A stretch of 49,394 bases of DNA from Candidatus Woesearchaeota archaeon (GCA_018302685.1 JAGVZK010000021.1:1-49394), one strand, 5' to 3'; counted from the first letter of the stretch, positions 8,917-23,374 are shown. The notes: generated by a model not told the origin, from the sequence alone. Numbers and translations: made by a program.

Positions 8917-11307
8917 TCATTCACCAACAATCCTGCTCAATCCAACTACCTCATCATCGCCACTTAACCTAATCAATCTAACGCCAGAAGTGCTTCTTCC
9001 AATCACTTTGATATCTTTAACGTTCATTCTGATAGTAACTCCTTTCTTGGTAATGAACATCACTTGGTCATTATCATTAACACTCTTAATTCCTACCACG
9101 CCTTCATTTCTTGAATCAGGATAAATAAATTTAGTCTTAATGTTCAAAACTCCTTTGCCGCCTCTGTTAATAAGCCGGTAATCCTCAACATCAGTCCTCT
9201 TGCCGTAGCCGTTCTTTGTGACGGTCAATAGGCTGTCTTTGGCGATAACCAGCCCAATTACGTAATCATCAGCCAGCTTAATCCCCCTCACACCTATCGA
9301 ATTCCTTCCAACATCATTGATGTCAGAAACTTTGAATCTTGAAGCTATCCCTTTGTGGGTTCCTATAATCAGATTCTCCTCTCCTTTGACATAAAGCACG
9401 TCAACGACATCGTCATTGTCTCTGAGATTGATTGCAATTATCCCCCCTTTCCTTGGATTGCTGTACTCTTTAAGCTGTGTCTTTTTTATGACTCCTTTCC
9501 TTGTTGCGAATACAAGATAGCCTTCATCAAAACCATCAAGCTTCAGGACAGATGTAACCCTCTCTTTTGTGTTAAGGAGATTTATAATTGCCTTTCCTTT
9601 TGAATACCTAGAGCCAAGAGGGATATGATAGGCCTTCAGCCAGTGAACTCTCCCCTTATCGGTAAAGAACAGCAGGTTATTCAAGTTGCTGCACACAAAC
9701 AGGTCTTCAACGAAGTCCTCATCCTTTGTCGCCGCTGCAATTAATCCTTTTCCCCCCCTCTTCTGTTCCCTGTACTCATCCAACTTTGTGCTTTTAATAT
9801 AACCTTTATTTGTAATTGTAATCACAACATTTTCTTCATTAATCAAATCCTCGTCTTCAATGACCTCATCCCCTCCGTCAATTATTTCGGTTCTTCTTTC
9901 ATCAGAATAATCTTTTCTTGTCTCTTCAAGTTCATTTTTAATCATTTTAATCAGTTTGATCTTGCTCTCCAAAATTTCTTTTAGTTCTTTTATCAGTTCA
10001 ATCAAACCTCTGTGCTCCTCATTTATCTTGTCCTGCTCAAGTCCTGTTAACCTAGACAACTTCATGTCAAGAATTGCCTGGGCCTGCTTGTCTGATAAAT
10101 TATAATTATTGATCAATCCTTCCTTGGCTTCCTTTGAATCCTTTGATTTTTTAATCAGAGAAATAATTTCATCAATGCTCTTTAAAGCAATTAACAAACC
10201 TTCCAAAATATGCTTCCTTTCTTCAGCCTTATTTAAATCAAATTTGGTTCTTTTGATTACAACATCTTTTCTGTGCTCAATGAAATAAAATACCAAATCT
10301 TTCAGGGTCATTATTTTTGGCTGTAGATCATGAAGTGCAATCATGTTTATGCCAAAGCTCACTTCCAATTGGGTATTCTTATACAAATTATTAAGAACAA
10401 CATCTGCATTTACATTTTTGCTTAACTCAATAACAACTCTTATTTCATTTCTGCTTGATTCATCTCTTAAATCTCTTATACCTTCCAATTTTTTGTTCTT
10501 GACCAAGTCAGCAATATTTTCCAACAATAAACTTTTATTTATCTGGTATGGAATTTCATATACAATTATTCTATCTTTCTCAAACTTAACCTTGCTTCTT
10601 AATTTTATTATTCCTTTTCCTGTCTTGTATGCTTTTCTTATCCCGGAGTTTCCTAAAATTAACCCCCCTGTCGGAAAATCAGGTCCTCTGATAAAATCCA
10701 TAAGCTCGTCAACTGTGTAATCATCCCTTCCCAAAGCATAAATCACGGCATTAAGAATTTCATTAATATTATGGGGGGGGATATTGGAAGCCATGCCGAC
10801 CGCAATGCCAGAAGTTCCATTAATCAGTAAATTAGGAACTTTAGCAGGCAACACAACAGGTTCTTTCAAACTACCATCAAAATTGGGAATAAAATCTACG
10901 GTTTCTTTTTCAATGTCTTTCAGCATTTCTTCTCCAATTTTGTCAAACTTAGCCTCGGTGTATCTCATATGAGCTGCCTTAAAAGAATCACTACCAAAAT
11001 TACCATGACCCTTAACCAAAGTGTATCTCAAAGAAAAATCCTGAGCCATCCTAACTAAAGCATCATAAATGGAGCTATCTCCGTGTGGATGATATTTAAA
11101 ACATTCACCAACAATTCTTGCAGATTTTACAAAATTCTTGTTATTTATCAAACCCATTCCATACATTGAATAAAGAATTCTTCTATGAACTGGTTTAAGT
11201 CCATCTCTTACATCAGGCAATGCTCTCTGCATTATTACGGACATGGCATAATCTATGTAAGCACTCTTCATTTCTTCTTGAATTAATCTATTTTGAACTA
11301 CTTCCAT
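8917..11307 (-). CDS. gyrA: DNA gyrase subunit A
   Basis: 796 aa with [15 protein letters not shown] and the [11 protein letters not shown] active-site Tyr region. C-terminal beta-pinwheel repeats are present. Confidence 0.95.
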   Translation of the reverse strand: MEVVQNRLIQEEMKSAYIDYAMSVIMQRALPDVRDGLKPVHRRILYSMYGMGLINNKNFVKSARIVGECFKYHPHGDSSIYDALVRMAQDFSLRYTLVKGHGNFGSDSFKAAHMRYTEAKFDKIGEEMLKDIEKETVDFIPNFDGSLKEPVVLPAKVPNLLINGTSGIAVGMASNIPPHNINEILNAVIYALGRDDYTVDELMDFIRGPDFPTGGLILGNSGIRKAYKTGKGIIKLRSKVKFEKDRIIVYEIPYQINKSLLLENIADLVKNKKLEGIRDLRDESSRNEIRVVIELSKNVNADVVLNNLYKNTQLEVSFGINMIALHDLQPKIMTLKDLVFYFIEHRKDVVIKRTKFDLNKAEERKHILEGLLIALKSIDEIISLIKKSKDSKEAKEGLINNYNLSDKQAQAILDMKLSRLTGLEQDKINEEHRGLIELIKELKEILESKIKLIKMIKNELEETRKDYSDERRTEIIDGGDEVIEDEDLINEENVVITITNKGYIKSTKLDEYREQKRGGKGLIAAATKDEDFVEDLFVCSNLNNLLFFTDKGRVHWLKAYHIPLGSRYSKGKAIINLLNTKERVTSVLKLDGFDEGYLVFATRKGVIKKTQLKEYSNPRKGGIIAINLRDNDDVVDVLYVKGEENLIIGTHKGIASRFKVSDINDVGRNSIGVRGIKLADDYVIGLVIAKDSLLTVTKNGYGKRTDVEDYRLINRGGKGVLNIKTKFIYPDSRNEGVVGIKSVNDNDQVMFITKKGVTIRMNVKDIKVIGRSTSGVRLIRLSGDDEVVGLSRIVGE

Positions 11308-11309
11308 TT

Positions 11310-14750
<3,441 letters not shown>

Positions 14751-15012
14751 TTATTAAGTCCAAGCCTTTCATACCCTATTTTTTGTTAAAAATCTCCCCA
14801 AGATATACAATAAAAAATGCTGTTTAATATAAAAATCTTTCTCCCTCAAAACACAAAAATTTGAGCACTACAAGCCTTGTAATGGCAAAACAAAAGTTAT
14901 TTGACAGAAAGATTTATAAAGAAAATTTAGAAGTCCAAAAAACCAGAAAAGAAGGTTATTTCAACCTTAAATTAAGGCCTGAAAATCCCTGTTCTATGCC
15001 CTTTAAATTTTA

Positions 15013-15585
15013 TTAATTCTCTTCTATCACAAAATGTTTTTCACATCTTGCTTCATACTGCTCTTTTCCCCCAATGACAACCAGCTTATCATCATGATAG
15101 ACAGGCTTTCCATTAGCCAGCCTCTGCGTAAAATTAGCTTCTCTTCCGCAGATCTCGCCATTTTCCCTGTAAGTGCATATGGCAGACAAATAATAAACTT
15201 TGGACATAGCCATTAATTCCCCGACATGCCTCTCTGAATCTTTAAATTTAAATGGTTTGCCCATGAAATCAGTGTTCAATCCTGAAACAATTATCAGTTT
15301 GTTCCTGAATTTCCTGCAGAATCTAACTACCCCATCATCCAAAAACTGGACCTCGTCAATTCCTATAACATCGGCGTCATATCCGTAGAGATCGTCCGAA
15401 TTTTCAGCAGTGATGCATCTGAAGCTGACACCGTCGTGGGTCGTGACATATTCTTCGGAATATCGATTGTCGATTTTTGGCTTGAACAGGACGACTTTTT
15501 TTCCTGAAATGCTCTCCCTTCTCATTCTCCTTATCAGCTCTTCAGTTTTTCCGCAGAACATACATCCTGTGATGAATTCAATCAT
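15013..15585 (-). CDS. tdk: thymidine kinase
   Basis: 190 aa with the P-loop GCMFCGKTEEL, IGIDEVQF, and C-terminal Cys pairs (CTYRENGEICGR, ARCEKH). Confidence 0.9.
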   Translation of the reverse strand: MIEFITGCMFCGKTEELIRRMRRESISGKKVVLFKPKIDNRYSEEYVTTHDGVSFRCITAENSDDLYGYDADVIGIDEVQFLDDGVVRFCRKFRNKLIIVSGLNTDFMGKPFKFKDSERHVGELMAMSKVYYLSAICTYRENGEICGREANFTQRLANGKPVYHDDKLVVIGGKEQYEARCEKHFVIEEN

Positions 15586-15637
15586 AGATATTCAGGATGT
15601 GGGTTTATTTAAATTAATTATCAAAATAAAAAACAAC

Positions 15638-16564
15638 CTATGGAATAGTCCTATACTTTGTGTTTATCAATGTCCACTCAAATATGAGCAGGAATAAGGC
15701 AATTATTGTGAACCACAGGTCAAGCCTCTGTGTTATTTTTCTTTCCATTGAATTAGCAATTCTGCTGTATGCATCCTGCAACTGAACCTCGTCTTCCGCC
15801 CTGTAATATTCCCCAGAAGTGCTCAGCGCAATGTTCTTCAATGTGGTTTCATCCAGAACAAGCTGGGCTCCATAAAAGTCAGCTCCTTCTTCAGTTCCAA
15901 TTCCTATTGTATAGACAGTAACCTGCCTCAGGTTGATGTATTCTATCGCATCCGCAACAGGAAGCCCAACATTGCTCTGCCCGTCAGTAATAAGGATAAT
16001 CGCCTTTGCATTTTCGCTCCCCATCAGCAAATTCGCGCCGGTAACAAGAGCTTCCCCTATGTCTGTTCCGCCGGTGGAGCTTAGTTCAATGTTTCTTATC
16101 ACCTGGCCCACTTTAAATTTATCATCGGTCAATTCGGACTGCGAGTAGGCCGTGCTGGAGAATGCAACAATTCCCACCTTGTTATCCGGGCTTATCTGAT
16201 CAAGAAAATTTATTGCAGCCGTCTTGGCAGCTTGAAGCCTGCTCGGCGTGAAGTCATCAACAATCATGCTGTTGCTGTTGTCAATCACAATGACGAAATC
16301 ATAATTGCTTCCCAGGCCCTGATACGTAAATGAAACTCCGGAGATTGCAAGTATGAAAAGCAGCAGAATGCAGACTCTGGTGACAAGGAGAAAAAGGTTC
16401 TTGCTCAGCAGCTCTCCGCCAGTAATTCGCTCTATGGCTTCAAAATTGGCAAACTTGAACGCCCTTCTTTTTGTGCTTTTCAGCGTCGTGAAATGAATGA
16501 AGACAAGAATAGGCAGGCTGAACAAAAGCCATAGGTACTCTGGATTGACAAAATTTATCTCCAT
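15638..16564 (-). CDS. VWA-domain membrane protein (BatA-like)
   Basis: 308 aa with N-terminal TM helices, the VWA MIDAS motif VIVIDNSNSM, ITDGQSN, and a C-terminal TM helix. It follows DUF58 and MoxR. Confidence 0.85.
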   Translation of the reverse strand: MEINFVNPEYLWLLFSLPILVFIHFTTLKSTKRRAFKFANFEAIERITGGELLSKNLFLLVTRVCILLLFILAISGVSFTYQGLGSNYDFVIVIDNSNSMIVDDFTPSRLQAAKTAAINFLDQISPDNKVGIVAFSSTAYSQSELTDDKFKVGQVIRNIELSSTGGTDIGEALVTGANLLMGSENAKAIILITDGQSNVGLPVADAIEYINLRQVTVYTIGIGTEEGADFYGAQLVLDETTLKNIALSTSGEYYRAEDEVQLQDAYSRIANSMERKITQRLDLWFTIIALFLLIFEWTLINTKYRTIP

Positions 16565-17445
16565 CTCAGCGACCTCTCCATGAAAAGGTTCAATACTGGT
16601 TTTGTAAATCCCTTGTCAGTTGTCAGGCTAAGGAAATCAGCCCTGTTTCTCAGGAATGCATTCCTTATTTCATTTTCCTGCTTTTTCATCTCCGCCTCGT
16701 AGACCTCTCTTATTAATTCAGGCTCTATCAAAAGCGACCTTTTTGAATAGGGATCCTGGATGACAACCTGCCCTGCGTCTTCAGGGAGCACCTTGTCCCT
16801 CGGGTCTCTCACCATTATTGCTATGGTGTCAAACTTATGCGAAACTATCTCCAAAAATTTTACCCAGCCGTCTTTCAGGCCGACAAAATCAGAGACAATG
16901 ATGACGACAGAATCCTCCTTAAGAAAATTGAGGAGAAATTTTGCGGCATTGTTAAAGTCATAGGCTCCAAAGTAATAATCAGGGTTCAACAGGGCCTTTT
17001 CAAGGACATGAAACTGGCTTCTTCCCTTCGCAGGATAAATCTTGCTGACAATTTTGTCATTGAACATAGCCATTCCGACGCTATCTTCCGCCTCAAGGAT
17101 TGCATATGCAAGCGAGGCAACGAGTTCAACAGTGTACTCATTCTTTAATTTCACAGTGCTCCCAAAGACCATTGAATCGCTGCAGTCAATCAGAAAAAAA
17201 ACACTGACCTCCTTTTCTTCAACATACTGCCTTACAAGAATCTGGTTCGTTCTCAATGTGGCCTTCCAGTCAATCATTGATGCATCATCACCCGAACAAT
17301 ACGGCCTGTATTCAGAGAACTCGAGACCTCTCCCTTTGAAAACACTTCTGTAATTCCCGGAAACTTTTGTTTTGAGAAGGCCCTTGGTAACAATCTCAAG
17401 CCTTCTGATAGAAGGTACTATATCTACATTTAGCTTCCTTTTCAT
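16555..17445 (-). CDS. DUF58 family protein
   Basis: 296 aa. GRGLEFSEYRPYCSGDDASMIDWKATLR is the hallmark DUF58 motif. A VWA-like FLIDCSDSM follows. Confidence 0.85.
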   Translation of the reverse strand: MKRKLNVDIVPSIRRLEIVTKGLLKTKVSGNYRSVFKGRGLEFSEYRPYCSGDDASMIDWKATLRTNQILVRQYVEEKEVSVFFLIDCSDSMVFGSTVKLKNEYTVELVASLAYAILEAEDSVGMAMFNDKIVSKIYPAKGRSQFHVLEKALLNPDYYFGAYDFNNAAKFLLNFLKEDSVVIIVSDFVGLKDGWVKFLEIVSHKFDTIAIMVRDPRDKVLPEDAGQVVIQDPYSKRSLLIEPELIREVYEAEMKKQENEIRNAFLRNRADFLSLTTDKGFTKPVLNLFMERSLRWR

Positions 17446-18443
17446 GGCATCGGAACTTTTCTCAGAATTTCATTTATGACATCATCCCTGTCTATATTCT
17501 CCGCCTGTCCCTCATAATTGAGCAGTATCCTGTGCCTCAGAACATCATGGGCTATCGTCTTGACGTGATGGGGAGTTACATATGTCTGGCCTCTCAGCAG
17601 GGCCTCCGCCTTTGATGCAATGAACATACCAATGGATGCTCTTGGAGAGCTTCCCCATTCAATGTATTTTCCAAGACTTATCTTGTATTTCTGGGGATTC
17701 CTCGTGGCTTCAACTATTCTTATTATATACTTCTCAATATCCTTGCTCAGGAATATGTTCTTGACAAAGCTCTGCAAATCAAGTATTGACCTGGGATCCA
17801 TTACCTTGCTGAGTCTGTAATCATCAAAGTTCTTTAATGTTATATTTTTGCCGAGAATTTCCACTTCCTCATCTGTAGTTGGATACCTTATCTGAATTTT
17901 GAATAGGAACCTATCAATCTGAGCCTCCGGAAGATTGTAAACTCCTGCGCTTTCTATTGGATTCTGGGTTGCCATGACAAAAAACGGAGTAGGCAGCTTA
18001 TGGGTTGTCCTCCCTATCGTGACCTGCTTCTCTTGCATTGCCTCCAATAGAGCAGACTGCGATTTCGGAGGGCTTCTGTTGATCTCATCTGCAATTACAA
18101 AGTTGGAGAACACAGGCCCCTTAATGACCATAAATCCCTTATTTTTGTCATATGTTGTGAGGCCTGTTATATCTGTGGGAAGAAGATCAGCAGTGAACTG
18201 AATTCTCGAGTAATCAACACCCAAAATTTTGGCAAGCGTCCTTACTATCAGCGTTTTAGCTATCCCTGGGACTCCTTCAACAAGGATATGCCCGTCGCAT
18301 ATAACCCCTCTCAAAATTCCGTCAATGACTTCTTGCTGCCCGACGACAGTTTTCTTGGTTTCATTCCTTATCTTCAGAAACAGAGCATGATAATACTTTA
18401 TCTTATTCATGTCAGATTTGCTCAATCCGCCCCTTTCTTTCAT
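17442..18443 (-). CDS. MoxR-family AAA+ ATPase
   Basis: 333 aa with Walker A EGVPGIAKT, Walker B VIADEINRSPPKSQSALLEAMQE, and ATQNPIE. Confidence 0.92.
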   Translation of the reverse strand: MKERGGLSKSDMNKIKYYHALFLKIRNETKKTVVGQQEVIDGILRGVICDGHILVEGVPGIAKTLIVRTLAKILGVDYSRIQFTADLLPTDITGLTTYDKNKGFMVIKGPVFSNFVIADEINRSPPKSQSALLEAMQEKQVTIGRTTHKLPTPFFVMATQNPIESAGVYNLPEAQIDRFLFKIQIRYPTTDEEVEILGKNITLKNFDDYRLSKVMDPRSILDLQSFVKNIFLSKDIEKYIIRIVEATRNPQKYKISLGKYIEWGSSPRASIGMFIASKAEALLRGQTYVTPHHVKTIAHDVLRHRILLNYEGQAENIDRDDVINEILRKVPMP

Positions 18444-18464
18444 CTTGCACCTCTAATATATATT

Positions 18465-21400
18465 TTACAATGCATTTTTCTTTTTAAACCTTCTCCTTCT
18501 GTAATAGTAGTAGATCGAATAAAATACGAGCATGAATGCAATGATCTCAATTATCAGTATCGTTGTTTCGTTCAGTAATTCTTTCTTGGGCTCCTGCAAC
18601 GTCAGCCCCGCCCGGTTGACAAGATCTTTGCACGAATTTATTGCAGCCTCAGTTGTCTGTATTGCCTCCTCATAATTCCCCTCCTCGTAAATTTCAATGG
18701 CCCTGTCAATTAATTCCTTTAATTCAAGGCAGATTGGATTTGCCTCCAATAATGACTGTGCAAACTCTATCTTCTGCTTTGACTGAGCTGCAATTCCCCC
18801 TTCTGAAACAAGGTTAATGATGACCTTTGCCCGATCCTCGAAATTTGGCGTTGAAACTTCAGCAAGGACATTGACATCATACTGCCCCGGCTCAACATCA
18901 TCCCCTCTTGTTATTGTCAGGACAACAGGCATTGACTGCCCTCTTGCCAATGAGGGAATATAAGTTGAGCTAAAGACAAATCCCAACCCTTCTGTTCCCG
19001 AGTCAGCGCTCAGGCGGATTCCATACAAGTCTACCCCGCCTGTGTTTCTGAGTATGATCTGCGTCGTGACCTGCTTGTCTTCTGCTACCGTTATGACTCC
19101 TGGCTCTATTATATCCAAATCATAATCGGCCTTGCTTCCCCCTCCGCCTCCTCCGCCTCCTCCAGATCCTGATACAGCTACAGGAGACGTAGTTGCCTCT
19201 GAAACCATGAATACGCTCAGGTTCACCATTGATGCCCTGATATAATTATTATCTGTGCTCAACACGGAATCCAGCAATGTCCACGAGCATGATGCCTGAG
19301 AGTTACACTTGTAAAATTTTAAGTTCTCCTCATACGTTATTGTTCCAAGGACACTTGTGTAGTTGTATGTCATATTGACGCTCTGTGTGCTGCTGTTGGC
19401 TCCATAGGACAGCCCACTACAGCTGAAGTTATATTGGTCAATTGCCCTCGTATTTGTTGGGATTGCAATGCTCTCTGACAAATCCTGATATGCGCAGGCT
19501 TTTCCATGATCTGTGCTGAGGCTTACATTTTCTACCAAAATATTTAATTTGCTGTTTGTTAATTCCAAGTCAAAGTACCCAGAAGGATTTGTGAAGCTCA
19601 CGCTGCTGTTTGATTCAAAAACAGTCTTGCTGCTGCAGATGTCATTTATTGTAAAGTTTGTTATTCCCTCTCCTGTAAAAGTGATGTTCGTATTATTTGC
19701 AACTACCAGAGATGCATTTGAAGTGACGGTTATTCCAGTTTCAGGATAATTGATATCCCTGACCTGAACGCTAAGGGTATGGCTTCCCTCTGTTTTTGGG
19801 CTGTAGCTGAAATTATGTTCATACGTAAATCCCCCAGGTATAAAATCCTCCTCATTGTTGCTAACTGGAGTAAATTGATCAACGGTCCCGTTTGGAAGAT
19901 AGACATATACATCCACAGAATCTAAGAGCACAGACAGGTCAGTGTTGACTCTCACAGTGACATTGGCCTGTTCTATATTAGACACATACGTGTAATCCGG
20001 GCAGAAATAGCTTACTGTCGGATATGTAGCTGTAAGAGTGACAGGTACAGTAATTCTGAACCTTCCAGCTTCGCTCACGTTTGCGCTTGAGCCGATGCTG
20101 CCGTTCCATCCATATGCTGTGACCGTGACATACTGGGACTGGACTGACGGAACATCATAGCTGTAATTGTATGAAGTGTAGCTTCCCTGCGAGCTGTGAT
20201 TTGTGAAGTTAAGATAGCTTGTAAATGAGGATCCCTGAAGCGTAACGCTTATATTGTTGACCCAGTTCCCGTTTCCCATCTCAGTTATATTGAAGTTGTA
20301 TGAATTTCCGATTCTCAAGACCTGATCATAGGTCGGGGCCACAATCTGCAGAGTGGAATAAACAATGCTAAAGTTGCTGTAATTGTAGCTGTTGTAATCA
20401 ACGCTGTCATTTGCCCTTATCCTCAAATAATAGTCTCCAACAGGAGGCATGCTCTCAATCGGCAGAGTGTAATTTGTATAGCTTGTGTTGAATGCGAATA
20501 TCATATACGTTGAGTTGAATTTAGTTGAATTGTAAACTTCAAGCTCATAGCTCACATTGTCCAAATCCAGATCAGTTGAATCATCCCAGTCAAATTCCGT
20601 GTAGTTGTCATTGAGCATTTTGGCGTTAATGGCTGGGAATCTCCAAACAGGGGTCAGTGGAACCCTGTTCTGGACCTTGAATTCACCCCATGAGCTGCAG
20701 TTGGAGTTTCCATTGGTGTCATTGGCGCACCATCTGTAGATTACCGATTCCTGATTCGTGAAATTGTTCCATGTTATGTTGTATGAATACACATCTGTAT
20801 CTGAATTGATGTCAAATGAATTAGATGAATTAGTGTAATTCTGGTAGCTACCCGACCAGTTTCCCTCAACCCATATTTCATGGAGGAACAAGTCAGTGAC
20901 GGTTGCATTCAATGTTACATTGCTCGTCGGATAGCTCGGCTCAGGCGTCTTGTTCACATTAACTATCAATGGAGGGCTTAGGTCAACGCTGAAAATTCTC
21001 GTCTCCGAAATATTGACATTGCTTGAATTGTCATAGACTGATATATTCCACATTGTATTCTGCTGGTCAAAGAACCCTGTGAGGTTCATGTAGGTTATTG
21101 AGTCAAGGCTATTGATTGCAATCGTCGTGCTTGAATTCAGGGTTCCATTTATTGTTATAGTTATGTTCCCTATGCTGTGAAGATCAGACACATTGAATGT
21201 GAAATTGATGCTGCTTGCTCCTACAACAGAATTGTTTACAGGGTAATTAATCAACACTGAAGGCTTGATAGTGTCCCTTACAGTCAGGTTTTCATAAGTT
21301 GTGTTCTCCCTTCCGCTGAAATCAATCGCATATGCCTTCATCGTGTAATTTCCTGTTTTTGTCAGATTTGTTGTAAACAAAGTTACATTGTTCGATGCAT

Positions 21401-22589
21401 TGTTCAGGTGAGTTCCGTCAGGATATGAGATGTTTATGACTGAATAATTCAGCGAAACATCAACTATTGTAAAGTTGACAGTTGAGTTTTCGACCCCAAA
21501 CTCTATTGGAGTCGGGAAAACAGTCAGGTTGATCTTTGGATTTTGGGTGTCAACTCCAAAAGTCCTGTTGCCTGCCAGCGTGTTGTTGTTTCCTGCAGAA
21601 TCGACGCATATTACATTCCAGTCATACCTTCCATCAGATATTCTTGATGCCGACAGGGTGTTCTGTGTCCCTGAAGTCGGAGTCAAATCCGTGGTGTTGT
21701 ATCTCCATATTCCGTCAGTCCAGTTGCCATACAAGATGCAATAATCAAGATTGACATCAGTTGGTGTGTAGATGAAATCAGCGCTCTGGTCCTGGCTCCA
21801 GTATCCATTTGCCGGGCTGTTTAACGTGACTGTCGGGCTTATTGTGTCAACAGTATATGTAAGCGCTTCTGAAGTGTTGCAATAATTAAGCTGATCACAG
21901 TAATAGACTCTCCAATAGTAGGCCGTGTCTGCTCCCAGCTGCTCCGCTCCCAAAACCTGATACTGTATAACCCCCTCCTGTGTCGTGAATGACCTGTCAA
22001 AGCTTGTAAATGCAACATCATTGTCAACCTGGACAGTGTAGTTGTCCAGTCCTGAGTAGTCCTCAGCCCCATTCCATTGGAACAGCGGCGTCCTGTTTGT
22101 TGATACCGTCTGGTTCAAGGGGGATATTAAGCTTGCATTGAAAGGATACCCTGTTTCAACATAGAAATCGGAGTCATACTCAAATGTATTGTTCAAAGTG
22201 TCGTTTACATATAAGGTGTAATTAATTTGCCCCGTTCCATAAGTTGCATTCAGGGCAGGGATTGTTATTTCCCACAATCCTCCTCCTATCTCAACCAGCC
22301 ATCCCCAGAACAGCACTGCAGCATTCTTTATTGAGTCCCAGATGTAAATCCATGCGCTTGATATCTGGCCTATTCCTGAATCTGTGAGATTGAACCTTAA
22401 TGTCAAATTTTCACCATATGTCACGGGGCTTGTATTGTTGACTATCACCTGCCCAGTCGTCCTATTTGCAGTTATGTTCTGAACGGCCACATCAGGATAT
22501 AGTGTATCAACCTGAAAATTCAGCTCACTGCTCCAGTCAGAAAGGGCATTTTCATAAACATCATCATTTGATGTGGAATTGTCAGACAT
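18465..22589 (-). CDS. giant surface-type protein (about 1374 aa) with C-terminal TM anchor
   Basis: ATG at 22589. The track start at 22595 is a TTG two codons upstream. The sequence is dense in N-x-S/T sequons and has a Gly9 linker (SGSGGGGGGGGGSK) and a CARDB-like beta domain. It ends with a helical segment, a TM helix and RRRRFKKKN. No N-terminal signal peptide. Confidence 0.85.
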   Translation of the reverse strand: MSDNSTSNDDVYENALSDWSSELNFQVDTLYPDVAVQNITANRTTGQVIVNNTSPVTYGENLTLRFNLTDSGIGQISSAWIYIWDSIKNAAVLFWGWLVEIGGGLWEITIPALNATYGTGQINYTLYVNDTLNNTFEYDSDFYVETGYPFNASLISPLNQTVSTNRTPLFQWNGAEDYSGLDNYTVQVDNDVAFTSFDRSFTTQEGVIQYQVLGAEQLGADTAYYWRVYYCDQLNYCNTSEALTYTVDTISPTVTLNSPANGYWSQDQSADFIYTPTDVNLDYCILYGNWTDGIWRYNTTDLTPTSGTQNTLSASRISDGRYDWNVICVDSAGNNNTLAGNRTFGVDTQNPKINLTVFPTPIEFGVENSTVNFTIVDVSLNYSVINISYPDGTHLNNASNNVTLFTTNLTKTGNYTMKAYAIDFSGRENTTYENLTVRDTIKPSVLINYPVNNSVVGASSINFTFNVSDLHSIGNITITINGTLNSSTTIAINSLDSITYMNLTGFFDQQNTMWNISVYDNSSNVNISETRIFSVDLSPPLIVNVNKTPEPSYPTSNVTLNATVTDLFLHEIWVEGNWSGSYQNYTNSSNSFDINSDTDVYSYNITWNNFTNQESVIYRWCANDTNGNSNCSSWGEFKVQNRVPLTPVWRFPAINAKMLNDNYTEFDWDDSTDLDLDNVSYELEVYNSTKFNSTYMIFAFNTSYTNYTLPIESMPPVGDYYLRIRANDSVDYNSYNYSNFSIVYSTLQIVAPTYDQVLRIGNSYNFNITEMGNGNWVNNISVTLQGSSFTSYLNFTNHSSQGSYTSYNYSYDVPSVQSQYVTVTAYGWNGSIGSSANVSEAGRFRITVPVTLTATYPTVSYFCPDYTYVSNIEQANVTVRVNTDLSVLLDSVDVYVYLPNGTVDQFTPVSNNEEDFIPGGFTYEHNFSYSPKTEGSHTLSVQVRDINYPETGITVTSNASLVVANNTNITFTGEGITNFTINDICSSKTVFESNSSVSFTNPSGYFDLELTNSKLNILVENVSLSTDHGKACAYQDLSESIAIPTNTRAIDQYNFSCSGLSYGANSSTQSVNMTYNYTSVLGTITYEENLKFYKCNSQASCSWTLLDSVLSTDNNYIRASMVNLSVFMVSEATTSPVAVSGSGGGGGGGGGSKADYDLDIIEPGVITVAEDKQVTTQIILRNTGGVDLYGIRLSADSGTEGLGFVFSSTYIPSLARGQSMPVVLTITRGDDVEPGQYDVNVLAEVSTPNFEDRAKVIINLVSEGGIAAQSKQKIEFAQSLLEANPICLELKELIDRAIEIYEEGNYEEAIQTTEAAINSCKDLVNRAGLTLQEPKKELLNETTILIIEIIAFMLVFYSIYYYYRRRRFKKKNAL

Positions 22590-22591
22590 TC

Positions 22592-23374
22592 TCAATTTCC
22601 ATGTGTAATTCCCCCATCATCAAAGGCGAACCTCTGGAGCTCGTACAAGCTTGCAATTTCAGAGCCTGATAATGACCTGTTGAATATTGCCACTTCATCT
22701 ATATCTAATATTGCCCCATTTGCATTCCCTAGCGCAAAACCATAGCCTTCAATGGAAGCACTTGAGCCAACAATAAAGGTGTTTACTTTGGTATAATTAA
22801 AATAATATGTAATGTTAACCCCATCATATGTTATAGCCATAAAATCCCAAAGAGTAGGACGACTGGAAGGTCCAAAGTTACTGGGGAATTGAGCTGTAGA
22901 AATCCCTCCAGAACTATTGTAAAGAGAAAAATAAGGAATCTGCCCAGATGCACCTTCGAAATTAGTCTTGATCAAACCAGTAAAAGGAGTTCCATTGTAA
23001 AATATCCAATAATAATTCAGAATTGAACTTGTCCACTTCTCAGTCTTAACCCATTGGCTTATCGTAAACTCTGTTGGGTAGGTCCCTATCAAAGAATCAA
23101 TATTTGGAAAAATAATATAATCAGATGAGCTATCAAATTGAGTAGCAACCCTGTCTATCATATGAGAATCAGTGAAGTTTCCATTGGCTTCAGTGTAAGC
23201 TCCAACAATAAGTTCCCCCCCTCCTTGATATATTGTTGCTACATGTGAAGTATTCACTTTATTTATCAAATCACTTCCATCCCACAAAAGCTTCAAACCT
23301 TCAGGATAATAGGCGGTGCTTGGGGAATTTCCAAATATAGAACTTGTATTGTACAACGTTGAATTCAAAATCAA
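22592..23374 (-). CDS. LamG/concanavalin-like lectin-domain protein, C-terminal part of a gene split by a 77-bp duplication
   Basis: 260 aa. DEVAIFNRSLSGSEIASLYE is the terminal motif of Laminin_G_3-type domains. The N-terminal 25 aa duplicate the C-terminus of the upstream ORF. Confidence 0.8.
   Translation of the reverse strand: MILNSTLYNTSSIFGNSPSTAYYPEGLKLLWDGSDLINKVNTSHVATIYQGGGELIVGAYTEANGNFTDSHMIDRVATQFDSSSDYIIFPNIDSLIGTYPTEFTISQWVKTEKWTSSILNYYWIFYNGTPFTGLIKTNFEGASGQIPYFSLYNSSGGISTAQFPSNFGPSSRPTLWDFMAITYDGVNITYYFNYTKVNTFIVGSSASIEGYGFALGNANGAILDIDEVAIFNRSLSGSEIASLYELQRFAFDDGGITHGN

Noticed and set aside
19138-19166. CCTCCGCCT-type low-complexity tract as a frameshift-prone microsatellite.
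   Set aside because: It is in frame and encodes the Gly9 hinge of the giant protein. There is no disruption here, so it is noted only as a possible length-variable linker.
22592-22594. Possible stop-codon read-through of the TGA ending the LamG ORF into the giant gene.
   Set aside because: Reading through in frame gives ECLTIPHQMMMFMKMPFLTGAVS and then another stop. The giant ORF is in a different frame, so read-through cannot join them.
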